Shown: positions 14,301-28,976, numbered from the stretch's first letter. The stretch: 64,000 nucleotides of DNA from Trichoplax sp. H2 (GCA_003344405.1 NOWV01000236.1:1-64000), one strand, 5' to 3'. The notes: generated by a model not told the origin, from the letters alone. Translations and numbers: made by a program.

Positions 14301-17161
14301 GCCAACATTTCAGTCTATCGCTTTGCGCACTCACAGAGACTATACCACCATAATACGTATTTTTAGTTCATTAGGATCGACTCTTTCCAAAGTGGTAATA
14401 GAAATATCTTAGTATATCTAAATTTTTTTCTGAACAACTTTTACCGGAATTGATTACTTTGGCTTATTCATTTTATCCTTTTAGAGTAAGACATCCGTTG
14501 TTATCATATGAAACTTCTAATAGTTTAAGTAAATAGAGTTGAAGGGGCAAGGCTAGTAATTAAATTATAAAATTCGCATAAATGGATATCATTGAACGAA
14601 TTATTGCAATAATTACAAAGCTAGTCATTGTAGTCTTCACCATTTTAGAAAAAAGGGACTAAATTCGCGGATTTGCTCACACTCATTTATTGTCATATCT
14701 CTTTAATGTAGGATAAGCTAGTAAACTATAGAGTAAAGATTTCATTCATATAAAACGCTGTAAATATTGCAAATCTTTACTATAATTATTTCATAACAGC
14801 TTATAGTGATAGTGCTATAAATAAATTGGTAATAGAGACCTGTTCACGATCTTCATTGCTTAAAAATTACTCATAACAGCATTGTGATGGAAAAATGAAC
14901 GTAAGGTAGCATTTTCTATAATGCGCTGTTTCCAATGTCTACTGAGAAATACTTCTCAAAATTTATGGTAATTCGTGCATCACGCACGTTATAATAATTA
15001 AATTTAACACATTACCGGTAACTTTGATCGTAAAATTATCAACTTTTTGAAGTACTGAAATGGAATACTTTAAAAAAATTTCTTTTTGATCGAAAAATTA
15101 CCTTGATCGCTTAAAATTCTATACTTAACCTGACTATTACTTAAATTATTTCGTACGATATGGTGTTCACAACCAGCAACACTGTAGTAGACTCAATCTA
15201 CTACTAATATTCATTAGATATTAGTACTAAATGCCGTAAACTATCCTATGTTTACAATCTTATTTACGGAGCACATTCTCTTGGGATCGTTTTCTAGCTT
15301 TTGTTGATATTATAAAAATGATTACATTTGTTAAAATACTATTACACTTTACAGCTGGTAGCAGTGAAAATTTCAAACTATTTAAGACCATAACTTTGAA
15401 AGATGATTCAAATTGAGAAAGGGCTTCATTGATATTGCCAGGCAGTTGTGCCTGTTAAACATCAAAATGGATTGTATAGTGAAATCCTCTACAATTATAA
15501 TATGCAGATACTTTTTTCTTCTATTATTGGATTAAATTAGATTCACGTATCTGACTGTATAGTCCTACGTAAATAAAATTTTGGTTATATTAAATCCTGG
15601 AAAGCTAAAAGATTTGAAAATTTTGATATTAGGCAGCACCGAATAGTCTATCAATAATTTAAATCAAGTAGATTTTTTATAAATATAGCAACAGTACATA
15701 AATGAATTGTTTTGCGTTGTGTAGATTGCCTAGAAGATATTTTGATACTATAATGAGTAAAACTAGCGACTAAATATAACTATTTCTATTGTAAATCTGA
15801 AAGATTCCCGAAACGTATGATACCAGAAATATAGTTGTTTTTGCGATAATATTTTTAAAATAAATGCTCATCGTCCTAGCAGCAAGTTATGCGAATTATC
15901 AAACAAATAGATTACTTAAGACTCATAATGAAACGTGTGCAGAAAGAGGCTTCTAGAATATTCCATAATAACATTTTTATCTAGCTATCACACCTATAGT
16001 AATCTAGAAATACCCTGGAACTCTTAATAAAGATATACATCAATATTCTTTCAATCAAAGATAAACAATATCCTCATATGTCAGCTGGACTTTTCCTTCA
16101 TTATTACTTTAGCAAGCTATTGAAAGTGTTCGTTGAGTTTGTCAGTTTAGTACTCACACAGCATATGCCAGCTTTTAGTGTTAATGAAGCAATTAGCATT
16201 GTCTGCATTCCCCTAAAGCACTCAATTTAATGCACGGTCATAGTTAAAGGCCACAAAGAAATACTTACTGGTACAAACTGAAATAAAACTAGGCACTCTT
16301 TGTCAGTTGTTATATAGCTATTCCCGGTTGTACGGTAAAATTAGACTTATCAAAAGTTACAATCAAGGAAACAACTTTCAGCTGCCGCATCATTTTTAAA
16401 ATTATATAACGGCTAGAAGAAATGTTTACTCATTAAATTTTAATTCTAATAAAATCATTTTCTAATTATTTTGCTGTAGGCAAAATAATAAAGTAGAAGA
16501 TAAAGCACTATCGTTCGTAATTGTTAGCTCAACTAACCATACGCGATCAGTGATAGATACTGATAGTTAGTATTCGTAATACCATCTCACCAAATGTCTT
16601 CTTAAACTTAGTATGAACATAAATCAGTGAGAATAGAGTGCTATGTCATGAAAATACTACTAGTATTGATACACATAATGTATGCTACAGTATTCACGTA
16701 TTAATTTAGTTTGATGATTTAGTTTTGATTTCTATTAATACACGATCCTCTTAACAGAGGATCTTGTAGCTTTTTAGACTTACATCCCGATTAGAATACT
16801 GCGTTATTTATACTTGCCTCAGTTGAATTTGTGAAGTAATTTACAGGATTGACATTTGCAAAATAATGATTTTTCTCTCTAGCATAGATTAAAATTAATG
16901 TTCAAAAAATTATAAATGGTTAATTTAAGAACCATTGTTGCAACAACTTAGAACCCAGTAGCGATATTGATAGCAAATGCTCACAATTCAACTGTAGGTT
17001 TGGCAAGATATTAATTACCATAGTATCTGCCTTCATACTGACCATCTATGAAAGAGATCTTCTGATACCTTTGTACGTAGATTGAAGATAGTTAAAGTAT
17101 CAGGGTATTTTCTCAGTTGTCATACTAAGAAAATTGAAAAAAATGACCTAAAGTGTAATAT

Positions 17162-17497
17162 TGTCACAACCCTCACTTGTGGCAAAGGAAAGTAAAGAAC
17201 TCTAGTGTAATTACTTAAAACTTGGGCTATTTCTCCCAGTACTTTCAGTTTCTATGAGAGAAGTATTTGAGAACTCGATTTCTCGGCTGATCTCCACAGA
17301 CAAATGACTAATTATTACACTATTCTTCACGATATGAGTCTTGCCGTTTCTTGAGCAATTACTTACTTTATTCTACAAACATGCGCGCTTAAATAGGTTT
17401 CAACAGTGAATTCCAATATTAACGAGTGAGAATTCATGCTTTACAAGTTACATTAATTAGTATAATACCATTACTAAATATACATGTCGATATTCTN
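17162..17497 (-). mobile_element. Solo-LTR family B, left part
   Basis: Begins TGTCACAACCCTC after AATAT; the empty junction AATAT|GCAAAG is at ~18328-18338. The minus strand has TATTTAA (17389-17395) then AATAAA (17367-17372). It overlaps the sequence starting at 21784. Confidence 0.75.
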
Positions 17498-17516
17498 NNN
17501 NNNNNNNNNNNNNNNN

Positions 17517-18332
17517 TTATCAAAAGTTACAATCAAGGAAACAACTTTCAACTGCCGTATCATTTTTAAAATTATATAACGGCTAGAAGAAATGTTTACT
17601 CATTAAATTTTAATTCTAATGAAATCATTTTCTACTTATTTAGCTGTAGGCAAAATAATAAAGTAGAAGATAAAGCACTATCGTTCCGTAATTGTTAGCT
17701 CAACTAACCATACGCGATCAGTGATAGATACTGATAGTTAGTATTCGTAATACCATCTCACCAAATGTCTTCTTAAACTTAGTATGAACATAAATCAGTG
17801 AGAATAGAGTGCTATGTCATGAAAATACTACTAGTATTGATACACATAATGTATGCTACAGTATTCACGTATTAATTTAGTTTGATGATTTAGTTTTGAT
17901 TTCTATTAATACACGATCCTCTTAACAGAGGATCTTGTAGCTTTTTAGACTTACATCCCGATTGGAATACTGCGTTATTTATACTTGCCTCAGTTGAATT
18001 TGTGAAGTAATTTACAGGATTGACATTTGCAAAATAATGATTTTTCTCTTTAGCATAGATTAAAATTAATGTTAAAAAAATTATAAATGGTTAATTTAAG
18101 AACCATTGTTGCAACAACTTAGAACCCAGTAGCGATATTGATAGCAAATGCTCACAATTCAACTGTAGGTTTGGCAAGATATTAATTACCATAGTATCTG
18201 CCTTCATACTGACCATCTATGAAAGAGATCTTCTGATATCTTTGTACGTAGATTGAAGTTAGTTAAAGTATCAGGGTATTTTCTCAGTTATCATACTATG
18301 AAAATTGAAAAAAATGACCTAAAGTGTAATAT
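17517..18332. repeat. Near-identical duplicate of ~16347-17161 (probable alternative haplotype)
   Basis: ~815-bp direct repeat with scattered SNPs, starting right after the 20-N gap. Confidence 0.9.
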
Positions 18333-21300
18333 GCAAAGAGATTTACCACGATTCGATAGCCACTTTTCATTAGAATTTTTCCATAAATAGAATGAAAATG
18401 GTTACGTATAGTATGGTGATAAGCGGAGTAGATTGTCTTTGATCACTTATTAGGTATTATACGCATTTTATAATGCTTACTCACAACCAAGATATAAGTT
18501 GCAGAATAATGTGTACATACCGTATGCAATTCTTATTTCTATTTTTAAAATTCTTAATTAAAAGCTCAAGGCTTGATTCGAATGGAAAATCGCTTTTTAA
18601 AAAATCGTTACGGAAGAGTACAATAAGCTAACACTAAATAGAATGGAAGTAGTACTTTAACTTCCGATAGAATATTCACAAAAAGTCATCACTTATTAAG
18701 GTAAGGGCGTAGATGCGTATCCGTCATACTTTTAGTAAAATTGTTATTAGTGATATTTTTATTGCTGGCGCTTATAGCGAACAATATTTGACGGATTTTG
18801 TCTGTAATACTCTGATTGTTTTAGTTTAAATCGATTGAAATGTGATTTAAAAATTCAATATAATCATACTAGCAATGTTCGGTTCAACATACAAGTAGTT
18901 ATTAACAATGCTGCTACTCCTTTCTAACACATATAAATATGCAAAATACAATAAGAATCAAAGTAAGTTGTGCACCATTTTCATTTCATAGATATAAGTA
19001 AAATATTAGAGAATTTAAAGAATCGAACAAGGAATAATTGTGTTCCTTTAAATGCTATCCATCAATCGTTATTAACTAATTTAGATGGTTTTAAAATCAA
19101 ATAAAACCGAAAATTTAGCCCACAAACTTCGTATTATAGCTTATTTTCGGTACTGGTAATAGTTCTGTAATGTTATCGTAAATAAGAGCTTTAAGTTATA
19201 CCTGTGTCTTCACTTGTTAATTATACCAAATGCAGTCATGGAGGAATAATACAGTCTACATTGATATCATTTATATCTTTTGGATATTTAAGAATCTGCT
19301 ACTGTAATTGAAAGTTAGCTTTACATACAGATCGATCGAATTTTATGATGAGTTTGTGTAGTATCTTTTGTTTTCGAGCAGCTATTATAAGGAAAATCAC
19401 TTAGTTGCTGTCTTTTATTAACAGTATTAGAAGGCAAAAGCAGACGACTTAATTTTCCTACTGTACATGTTCGTCTACAAACGAAAAATTGCTATTGAGA
19501 TAGTTTATGTCAGCTATTCAATAACACTTGACAATTCATATTAGCTATGCAGCACATAATGTAATCAATTAAAAGTTCTTTAGTTGATTATCAAAAACTA
19601 CTGTAACGATTATAGTTGCCTAAAAATAAGTGATAATTATGCGTATTATAATTTCTGCCCAGCGGACATTTCCATCGTTCCACTATTAATTCTAAATATC
19701 CTAAAGTGTAAGGTAATTGTAATTTATATTCTACTTTCCATTTTATCATAATTAAGTGAGTTCAACTATAGTAAAGTAAATAAAGTTACTTAAATTTTAC
19801 TACCGCATGGTTGATAATACTTGAATTATAGGATGGGCATGTGGCCAACACTAAATTAATTCAGCCAGATCAGTACCGTACCATAGCCACTATCAATCAT
19901 TCAAGTACAGTATAATAATCATAAGCAAGTTAGTCATAACGGGGCTGTATAAATGAAGAAAGTCGGGTAAGACTAACTTGTATCAGTAAAACCACCAAGT
20001 ATTTTAACAGAGGCTACTTGCAATAATTTTTGCGTATAACAATTATCAATCGAGCTTTATAACTAACTGTATTCGAATATTTTATTTTTTCCGGAGGAGA
20101 GAAATGTATATTTTAATAATTTAAAATCAATCTTAAAATAGCTACGATATTGATTTACAGCAAAAAAATTTTCTAATAGCTCTTCATTAGAGTAAAATCA
20201 TTTATTTCTCATATTTTTACCTTCAATTCTAAAAGTAATGGCAAAGGCTATAGTAAAATTTTTCATTTCTTAAATATAATACTTTTTACTTTATTAAGTA
20301 TGCAACTAAGCCTAAGGAATCGCTATAAATGAATTAATTCTACTTTATTTAGAGTTAATTACGAGTCATAATGGTAGAATTTTAGTAACATTTCAGATAA
20401 TCCTTTAATTGAATAAATTTTCATCGTTTCCTTGTTAATAAACAAACAATCCAGCTACTACCGCAATCACGATCGAGAATGTTTTATTTATATTAAAAAA
20501 TAAAGGCAGTTTGAATTTTAAATTTGATTATCATATTTATAAAGTATAGTAGTTAACAGTGAAAGGAACTAATTTATTCTCTAGAGATACTATTATCAAG
20601 TAACAATTGTGTTGCATGTTCAGTAATATTGCTAATATGCCAGTAAGACTAACTCATAAGACTCTTACTGTGATAGTAGTATTTAATATTCAATAATCAC
20701 GACTTAAAGCTTTATAACAATGATATAGCTATTATCTTATTTTATTAATTGGACAAAAGTCAGAGTCGTCATTTTGGAGGACTTTTAGTATAGTTAATCG
20801 TCAAATCTATCATATTACTATCTTGCACTTCCTTCATTTATTTTTTTATTTATTTATTTGACTATAGTTAAGAAAATTATAAAATGTCATGTTTCATTCG
20901 ACGCTAAGCATAATGCTATACGTATACTTTAGTTTATTCGTTCATTATTAACGAAATTAATATAGACTTAGATGATGCATATTAACCCATAAAATAATGT
21001 CTTGTTCTAACTTGATTCATTTCTCTTTAGACTGGGTAATTGCTTCGATAGTCGATTGAAGTTATTTCCAAAATATAATAAAGTTATTTTTCAAATTTTT
21101 GTAAAGACAATAAAACAATTTCAATTTATTTCTAACCGTATCTTCTTCAATTCTTCTTTGTTTTTTAAATCATTCAAGAAGAGATAAAGACGAATAGCCT
21201 TAAAATAGTTATTATTATCTATATCAAGACATTAAAAGAATTTGCCTTCGGGTGTCTATCATTTCCTAGATAATTAAGAATATATTCTAGACAGTGTAAG

Positions 21301-21783
21301 CAGGAAACTAGAATATTAAGTCAAATTTTTTTGAATTATGTATCAATCTATTCTATAGATACTGACTGTTTTTTCATTGTTAATATGTCCTTTTTCTTCA
21401 ATCTCATAAATATTCGCTTGGAAACTGATATTGCTAATCGAATTAATACAGCGCTATTGGATGATATAGACATAAATTTAATTAAGAATTAATCTTTACT
21501 ATGCTATCTACATTGATTAGTAAGTTCATAACTGCCGTCGACTGGTGAATGAACTTAACGGTTATTATGTAATAGCTTTAGAAAGAAACATGGAGTTATT
21601 TGTAGCTTTAACTATCAGCTTTTGACAATTACAAATGCCAATATCGTAATTACGTTATACATTATTTGAAATGAAGACTTTACCTAATCATATCGATATA
21701 GATTCGATCGCTATTTTTATTTAGCACGACATAATTATTTCCGTCTAAATTGTCATTGATTGTNNNNNNNNNNNNNNNNNNNN

Positions 21784-22350
21784 CAAAGGAAAGTAAAGAA
21801 CTCTAGTGTAGTTACTTAAAACTTGGGCTATTTCTCCCAGTACTTTCAGTTTCTATGAGAGAAGTATTTGAGAACTCGATTTCTCGGCTGATCTCCACAG
21901 ACAACTGACTAATTATTACACTATTCTTCACGATATGAGTCTTGCCGTTTCTTGAGCAATTACTTTCTTTATTCTACAAACACACGCGCTTAAATAGGTT
22001 TCTACAGTGAATTCCAATATTAACGAGTGAGAATTCATGCTTTACAAGTTACATTAATTAGTATAATACCATTACTAAATATACATGTCGATATCCTCAG
22101 ACTTAGATAGCTACAAGCTATCAGGTGTTAAGACGCTTAACCTTCGTCCATATACAGCTCAATTTTTAGAGATTAACACAACTTATAAACCTACAGTAAA
22201 TTAACTGCTAACAACTTCTATTTTTATCTCATTTCTACCATCCTATTATCAGCTACAAGCGCATTAAAACATAGCACATAACCTTATCTTATCTATTCAT
22301 AAGCATTCATTAATTTACAGTTACTTAATTAGTAACGGCGTACCGTGACA
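21784..22350 (-). mobile_element. Solo-LTR family B, right part
   Basis: Matches 17183-17497 and then ends ...CCGTGACA, a 6-bp inverted repeat of the TGTCAC start. Reconstructed length is ~590 bp. Confidence 0.75.
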
Positions 22351-22496
22351 ATTACAAATGCCAATATCGTAATTACGTTATACATTATTTGAAATGAAGA
22401 CTTTACCTAATCATATCGATATAGATTCGATCGCTATTTTTATTTAGCACGTCATAATTATTTCCGTCTAAATTGTCATTGATTGTACATTATCAG

Positions 22497-23126
22497 TGTC
22501 ACAAAACAGCTTTGCAACAAGATAACGTAATATACGATCAATAAGTCAATTCCTTGAACCACATATCAGGGAACGATATCTGCACTATCACAAACACTTT
22601 TGCTCTACTAGCAGTCTACACAAAGACTTAGACGCCTCATATTTTACATTAAACACTAAGTTTAAGAATCCACTTTATTACACGATATACTGCATTTATA
22701 TACTATTCCTCAATAGTTCATTAGTCATAGTTAGTACGATTAACTTTGGAATTATTTACTGAATTAGATAATAATTTTAGCTACTGCTCCCTTAATGCAG
22801 GCAACAGTATTTACGAACATAGACATCTGATGACTAATACAGAATAGTCGGATTACGATATGTCCTATCACGGAATATTTCCACGATAATTTACAATCTA
22901 CTATAAGTAAGTTACAATCACAATGACTCGAACTGTAAGTAGATGATTTGCATTCCCTATTATAATCATTAATTTCAGTATGTGTATATGTGTCACTATC
23001 ATAAAAAGTCAGTGCTATATCAAAACACAGTATATCCAAATTAGAAGTTAATTAAACAAGGAAAGGCTAACAGAATTATCCTCATATAGATATTTCTAGT
23101 CTACTACAGTATATAACACTGTCACA
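22497..23126 (-). mobile_element. Solo-LTR family A, copy 3 (complete, 630 bp)
   Basis: TGTCACA...TGTCACA termini with a perfect 5-bp TSD ATCAG (22492-22496 / 23127-23131). TATA box and AATAAA are on the minus strand. No credible ORF. Confidence 0.9.
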
Positions 23127-24550
23127 ATCAGTTTGTGTCGAATGTTTGTAAGTTTCGTTAATTAATTTTATTTTCCAATAAAGATGGTATTACTCCAACC
23201 TGATTTTAATAAAATCCATCAATATGACTACGTAATTTTAATTATTGAACTGCTTTCTTTATTCATATGTATTATTGATCTATATTTGCTTTATGTTTAG
23301 ACGTCAATACTAAAGACGTCAACAAGATACTATGGTAGCATTATTTACTTAATTTCAATATAGTAACTATGACTAATTGTATTAATAATAGTCAATTTGA
23401 TTTAAAGATGGCCTTCTCAGTATGAACCTACTTTTGACCTACAAAAATCAAAACATCATAATCTTGAATGATAGCGATTTGACGATTGTCCGTATTGAAA
23501 ACAGAATTGCGCTCTTTCTGTCATATTAACGCATTATTGCTTTTAACGCGTATTAATTATATTGACTGTGATCAAAACTGTTAAATTCGAGATTATAACT
23601 TAATCGCATTTATGTCCTGGTAAATTATTACGTATGATGGTGATTAGTGCTATCCAATCTACTCATGTGTCTATCATATCCATTAACTAGCCGACAGCTT
23701 GGACACATTGCAACTTGAAGAATCGATGAAGTTGTTGATTATAAGTTATTATTTTGTTATTGTAATTGTTATTGTTATGACTGCAAGTAAAATGCTAACT
23801 CTTAAATATCTTGTTTAGACTAGATACTTTTTTAATCACCAGGATATTTCCGATAAAAGAGGAAGAACCGATTGACTAAGACAAGGAATAGGAAGGAGAC
23901 TTGCCCATTACCTTTATTCGATTCAATATAAAATTAATATGACGTTTCTAAGTCGAAAATAATAATTTGATCGCAATTACGGTAAATGCATATACTGTAC
24001 CAATTTTGATCAACACGTACGTAGTAATAGAGATTATTATAAACTCTCTAGTTATAGTAGATATCTTATAGATTATATCGCTATCCTATATTGGTAATTG
24101 ACAATTGATGGAAATTAAAAGAAATAACGATGATTGACAGTGCAGTAACCTCCAGATATATTTATTATAAATATATATTCGTGTCTGTACGTATATCCAA
24201 ATGTATTTTTGTTTGCACTCTGTACCTTTTATTGTCATTAATCAATGCAAATTAAGCAGTGCGTCGGCTAAGTTAGTAACAGTATACAATATATGTAAGA
24301 ATGTCATAATTATTGTGCCACAAGCCATCAATCAAATTAAAGTTCTGAATCTTATTTAGATTCGATATTTTAGATTATTATCCATCATCTATCCTACGTC
24401 TTCACTCATTCTGTAATCGCGGCCTCCATTACCCAATCATAAGTACCATGATGGCATTACAACAATAGAAGCAACCTAGATTTAATTTGATAAACTATTT
24501 ATTCACCAGACCGTATTTACGCGATGTTATTATTTCCTAAGAAACAGATC

Positions 24551-24855
24551 ATAGCTATTGTTTAGTAGATTATACTTTACAATGTATTCAAAAATATCTA
24601 ATTTGAGCAAGCAACATTTGATCTTCTCATTAAAAATAATAAATAATATCTCACTACAGCAGTTCTGTTATATATGAATACTGTGAATATATGAATAGCT
24701 ATTGTTTAGTAGATTATACTTTACAATGTATTCAAAAATATCCAATTTGAGTAAGCAACATTAATCTGTATATTATAGCAACGTTTGATCTTCTCATTAA
24801 AAATAAAAAATGATGCTCACTACTGCAGTTCTGATATTTATGAATACTGTGAATG
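24551..24855. repeat. Local tandem duplication, two diverged ~140-160-bp copies
   Basis: ATAGCTATTGTTTAGTAGATTATACTTTACAATGTATTCAAAAATATC occurs at ~24551 and ~24697, and similarity continues downstream. Confidence 0.85.
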
Positions 24856-27800
24856 GATAAGTCTACTTGACTAAAGTAAAAGAGAAGGATAGAAAGGGAA
24901 ATCATTGAAAAAATTCCAACTGAGATTACATAGTGCACATTGAACGAAACTGCACAATCTTATTTTTCAAAATAACATAGACTACCAGACCTCCAACTAG
25001 TTTGATTTCTTTCTGAAATGTTATTATGAAAATATGATAGCCTATAATTAATTAATTGCAATTAATAGGAGAAAAGTGGGGGAAAAAGTAATGGCGATGA
25101 CTAGAGAGAAAAGTGAAGTCTACTATCGGTAGCATTGCAGCATAATTACTACTCGATCATAGAACTAGCTACAGTGGACCATATCGATATTTGAGATGAC
25201 TTCAACAGTTCGACTGTCATTGGATAATACATAAAATCCAATATGCTTAATTTGCTAAATTAGATTAATTCTTTTGCAGCCCTGTTATAACCTTTGCTTG
25301 ATCAGTAAGACATAATGGAATACAACAATCTAAAGTAAACAATAAACGATTTACACGGTGGATAAATTTATAGAAAAAACAACAAAGAAGCGTTGTTTAT
25401 GTGACTGTGTGGCATTGATCAGACCATAGTATTGTTTTTCGTGTTGTAAAAGATTTCTGTGGATAGATCTACTTCTGCAGTTATGTTCTATTTGACGTCA
25501 GTCACAGGTTGATAAAGAATTTGCTAAAATGGTGCGCTAGTCAAAATTATCTAAACGGATAATATCTTTAGGTCATACATTCCGAACTTACACGTAAAAA
25601 GAAACCATATCCTCTCGATGTACTGCGATTATCTAGTGCAGAATCTGGCATGCAAATAAAAATGGGAACTGATTTGACTCTGATTCATTCTTCGTGGTAA
25701 TAAAACAAAACTCAGATTGATCGAATTCGCCGTATCAATTTAACATCCCGGCCAATAAGCAATCAACAGTAAAAAGGTAAACTGCTGTCATAGAATTACG
25801 ATAGATGTTACCAACCAGCCAAATGAGGGTTTTCATACTGTAATATTAATATTACTAAGTAAGAAAGTCATTCAATTTGCCAGGTTAGCTCAACATCCTC
25901 AATTTTATATCATGTTGTCAAAATTAAATAAAGTATGACGGAGTTAAATAATCGTTAATGTATTAGTTATTTCTTTGGTATAGCTATGTTCCATCACTCT
26001 TACATTCAAGTATATTTTGTCCCTGAAACAAATCGAATTCTATCAAGAGTGCCGTAACAGCAAATCAGTTTCACATACTCTTTTTTAATTTATTCATTAT
26101 TTCTACGATATAGATATGTTCCATTACTCCCATCCTACTTCATCACTCTTATATTCAAGTATATTTTGTCTCTTATACCGAATTTAATTTTATTGAAAGT
26201 AATGGAAAATCAGTCTCACTTCTTCCATAATGGTAAATTATGTCATTCTTTCTTTCTCTTACTCTCTATCATCATAACATATAACTTTACTGAAATTTCA
26301 TAACTTCATCAATTATTTATAAAGTATAAAATCAATCCAATTGCATACAGTATCTTATACAACCTAACTATCCTAAAATGTAACGTTACTATTTATCTTA
26401 GATGTCACACATTCAACACAGATCATTTTTAGTATTCTGTATTGATTGGCAGACAAATAGTACAATAGTACAAGCTGATTTAACCATTAACTGACATAAA
26501 AAGTGGTCAATATGCAATGAATAAGTTATTAGATATGATTCTACAACGCTTATATTGCATAATCTTATTACAGTATTAAGATACGCGTATATCGATCGAT
26601 TGCGGTCTACATCGATAAAAGCTTGGCAACTATAGCTAGTAAAGCCTTAGAGTAGATAAATTTTCCATAAGAAATGATGCGTTCCTGCATTTTATTAGGT
26701 TAATAGTAACTATCTGCTCAAGTATTTTATTTTCCATCAGATCTAAAAAGGACACAATTTATCGACAGTCCCAACAATATTAATAACAAGATGAATGATA
26801 ACTTTCATTTTCGAATCATACTAATGATCATGCTTGACCTGAAATTCACTAACGATGATCGTTAATTTATAACTCGTAGGTTACTCATCAATTTAGCATT
26901 AAATGTCTAAACGTGATCTGAGTCATCAATTAAGAAACACTTAGCATCATCGTACAACATCTGTACCATTAACACTAGATCATCAAATCGTCACGATCTC
27001 GATGAAATAATTGTTTTAGTCACGATCCAATGAAACAGTAATAGAGCTATTTACTGTAGTCTACCTTTTCTATTTAACTTAATTGATTACCTCGCAATCC
27101 TTTAATGCTGTATGTAAAAGCATACCGGCTATATCAGTTGATGCAGTATTTACGCTGTGAAAATAGATCAACGCATGACTAACTTCTTGTATGTTGCAGT
27201 CGATATTACTCATTGTATTGACGAAATAGGGAAGTTATATTCATTTTATTGGTTGATAAAAATTTTAACAATGATAATACTATTAATAACAGAGAGTAAT
27301 AATGATAACCATAAATGACAATTGCGAGTGGGTTTACTAAATTTATATCAAAAACATTTACTTAATTCTTTCACAATCACGAATACTCGGAATATTGTTA
27401 TCGGAGGCAATTAACTCAAAGTGAAATTTCATAGCGACAGTTATTTTCTCTATTTATATGGCTATACAATTGGATATGGCCAGTTCCGTGAAATTCTTAT
27501 AATCGTTTAATTATTGGACATAATCTTGAAATCTTTAATCTTTATAAGGTGGTGTATTGACGCAGATAATTTTATTATGCCACCTTAAGTATTATGACAA
27601 CGGTTCTAATTCCATCTCAATCTAATGGAAATCTGATTAAACAAAAAATTGCCGTATTACATTTTTATATAAATTAGATTTGTAATATTGGTCAAGCTAC
27701 GTTAATTAAGGTCTCATTAATACCAGCAACATGAGCTATTTTTATCGTCAATTTATCATCATTAAAATTCTGAACACATGCTAAATTTTCTTCACTTTTA

Positions 27801-27869
27801 CCTCCTTCTTTTTGCAGAGCAAACGAATTAGAAACTGAAGTTACCGAACCTAGTAATCCTTTCTTCAAT

Positions 27870-28976
27870 ATGGCCAGTAATGAAAGTCAAGCCAATAGTT
27901 ACGAATTAACATTGAGAACTGTCTATATAATTACATTTATATTCGTAATTACAGTAGTAGTTATTGGTAATTTTGTCATTTGCTTTACAATTGCAACACA
28001 TCGTCGCTTATGGAACTACACCAATATTATGCTTTTTAATTATGGTGTCGCTACTACCGTTCGCGTCTTAACTGCTGGATTACTAAATTTTCTGTCAGCA
28101 TGGGAAATGAGTAATCAATGGCCATTTGGTCTTGGATTATGCCAGTTTAGTCAGTCTATTGGTATCGTCACTGTCTTAGTTTCGGCTTATTCACTTGTAT
28201 GTATGAGTTACGCAAGGAATCGGATTATAACTTATTCTTTGTTACCACCACCTAATTTAGGCCATTGCTTTGTATCTATTGCCATTATTTGGTGTGCATC
28301 TTTTGCTTTCGCAGCACCATATATGGCCCATATTCAAGTTCTTTATTACAATTATACCTTCAATGGTGCGCTTATCGAAATACCATATTGTCTGCAAAAT
28401 TGGGATAGAACAGCCATCGCTTACTACTTCTTGGCAACAAGTATTGTTGCGTTAATTGCTCCATTAATCTGTATTACTTATTTTAACATTCGTATGGCAT
28501 TATCATTAAGGCCAGCCAAAGAAATAAAGAATAGTCGTAAGAAAAAAAGCGATCATTTAAAGCAACAAATGAAGAAAATGTTAGTAATTATTGTAGTTGT
28601 ATTCTTTATAACATACTTTCCCTACATGATATTTCTCAATTTGGTAAATTTTAACGCTATTAAAACCAATTCAAATTCGGGTATGTATTTAATCCGGTTG
28701 GTACTTGGCCAAGCAACATATACATGTAGTGCCTTCAATGTTTTAATATGTTACCGATTTAATCCTCATTTTCGTCGTGCTTTTCGTAACTTTTTATGCG
28801 GTTTGTGCGAATCTGATGCTGGCCGCCATCTCAAAAGTACAATTTCTTTTTCAACATCCAATAATTCACAGTACGAACGACGTAGAAGGAAATCGCGGTT
28901 AAATAGTAGTAATGGAATTAAAATATCATCTCCAGATATTAAAGACATTAATGGTTCTAAAATAACCTACGTTTGA
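27870..28976 (+). CDS. Class A GPCR, peptide-receptor-like, probable paralogue of 4861-6048
   Basis: 368-aa ORF with TM1 GN, ECL1 WPFGLGLC, TM4 IWCASFAFAAP, TM6 FFITYFPY and FNPHFR. An upstream acceptor (tttttgcag, 27817) has an open frame to the ATG, so an extra 5' coding exon is possible. Confidence 0.93.
   Translation: MASNESQANSYELTLRTVYIITFIFVITVVVIGNFVICFTIATHRRLWNYTNIMLFNYGVATTVRVLTAGLLNFLSAWEMSNQWPFGLGLCQFSQSIGIVTVLVSAYSLVCMSYARNRIITYSLLPPPNLGHCFVSIAIIWCASFAFAAPYMAHIQVLYYNYTFNGALIEIPYCLQNWDRTAIAYYFLATSIVALIAPLICITYFNIRMALSLRPAKEIKNSRKKKSDHLKQQMKKMLVIIVVVFFITYFPYMIFLNLVNFNAIKTNSNSGMYLIRLVLGQATYTCSAFNVLICYRFNPHFRRAFRNFLCGLCESDAGRHLKSTISFSTSNNSQYERRRRKSRLNSSNGIKISSPDIKDINGSKITYV

Noticed and set aside
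16347..18332. True segmental duplications at the gaps
   Set aside because: Each duplicate begins or ends at a 20-N gap and differs by few SNPs, which fits uncollapsed haplotypes better.
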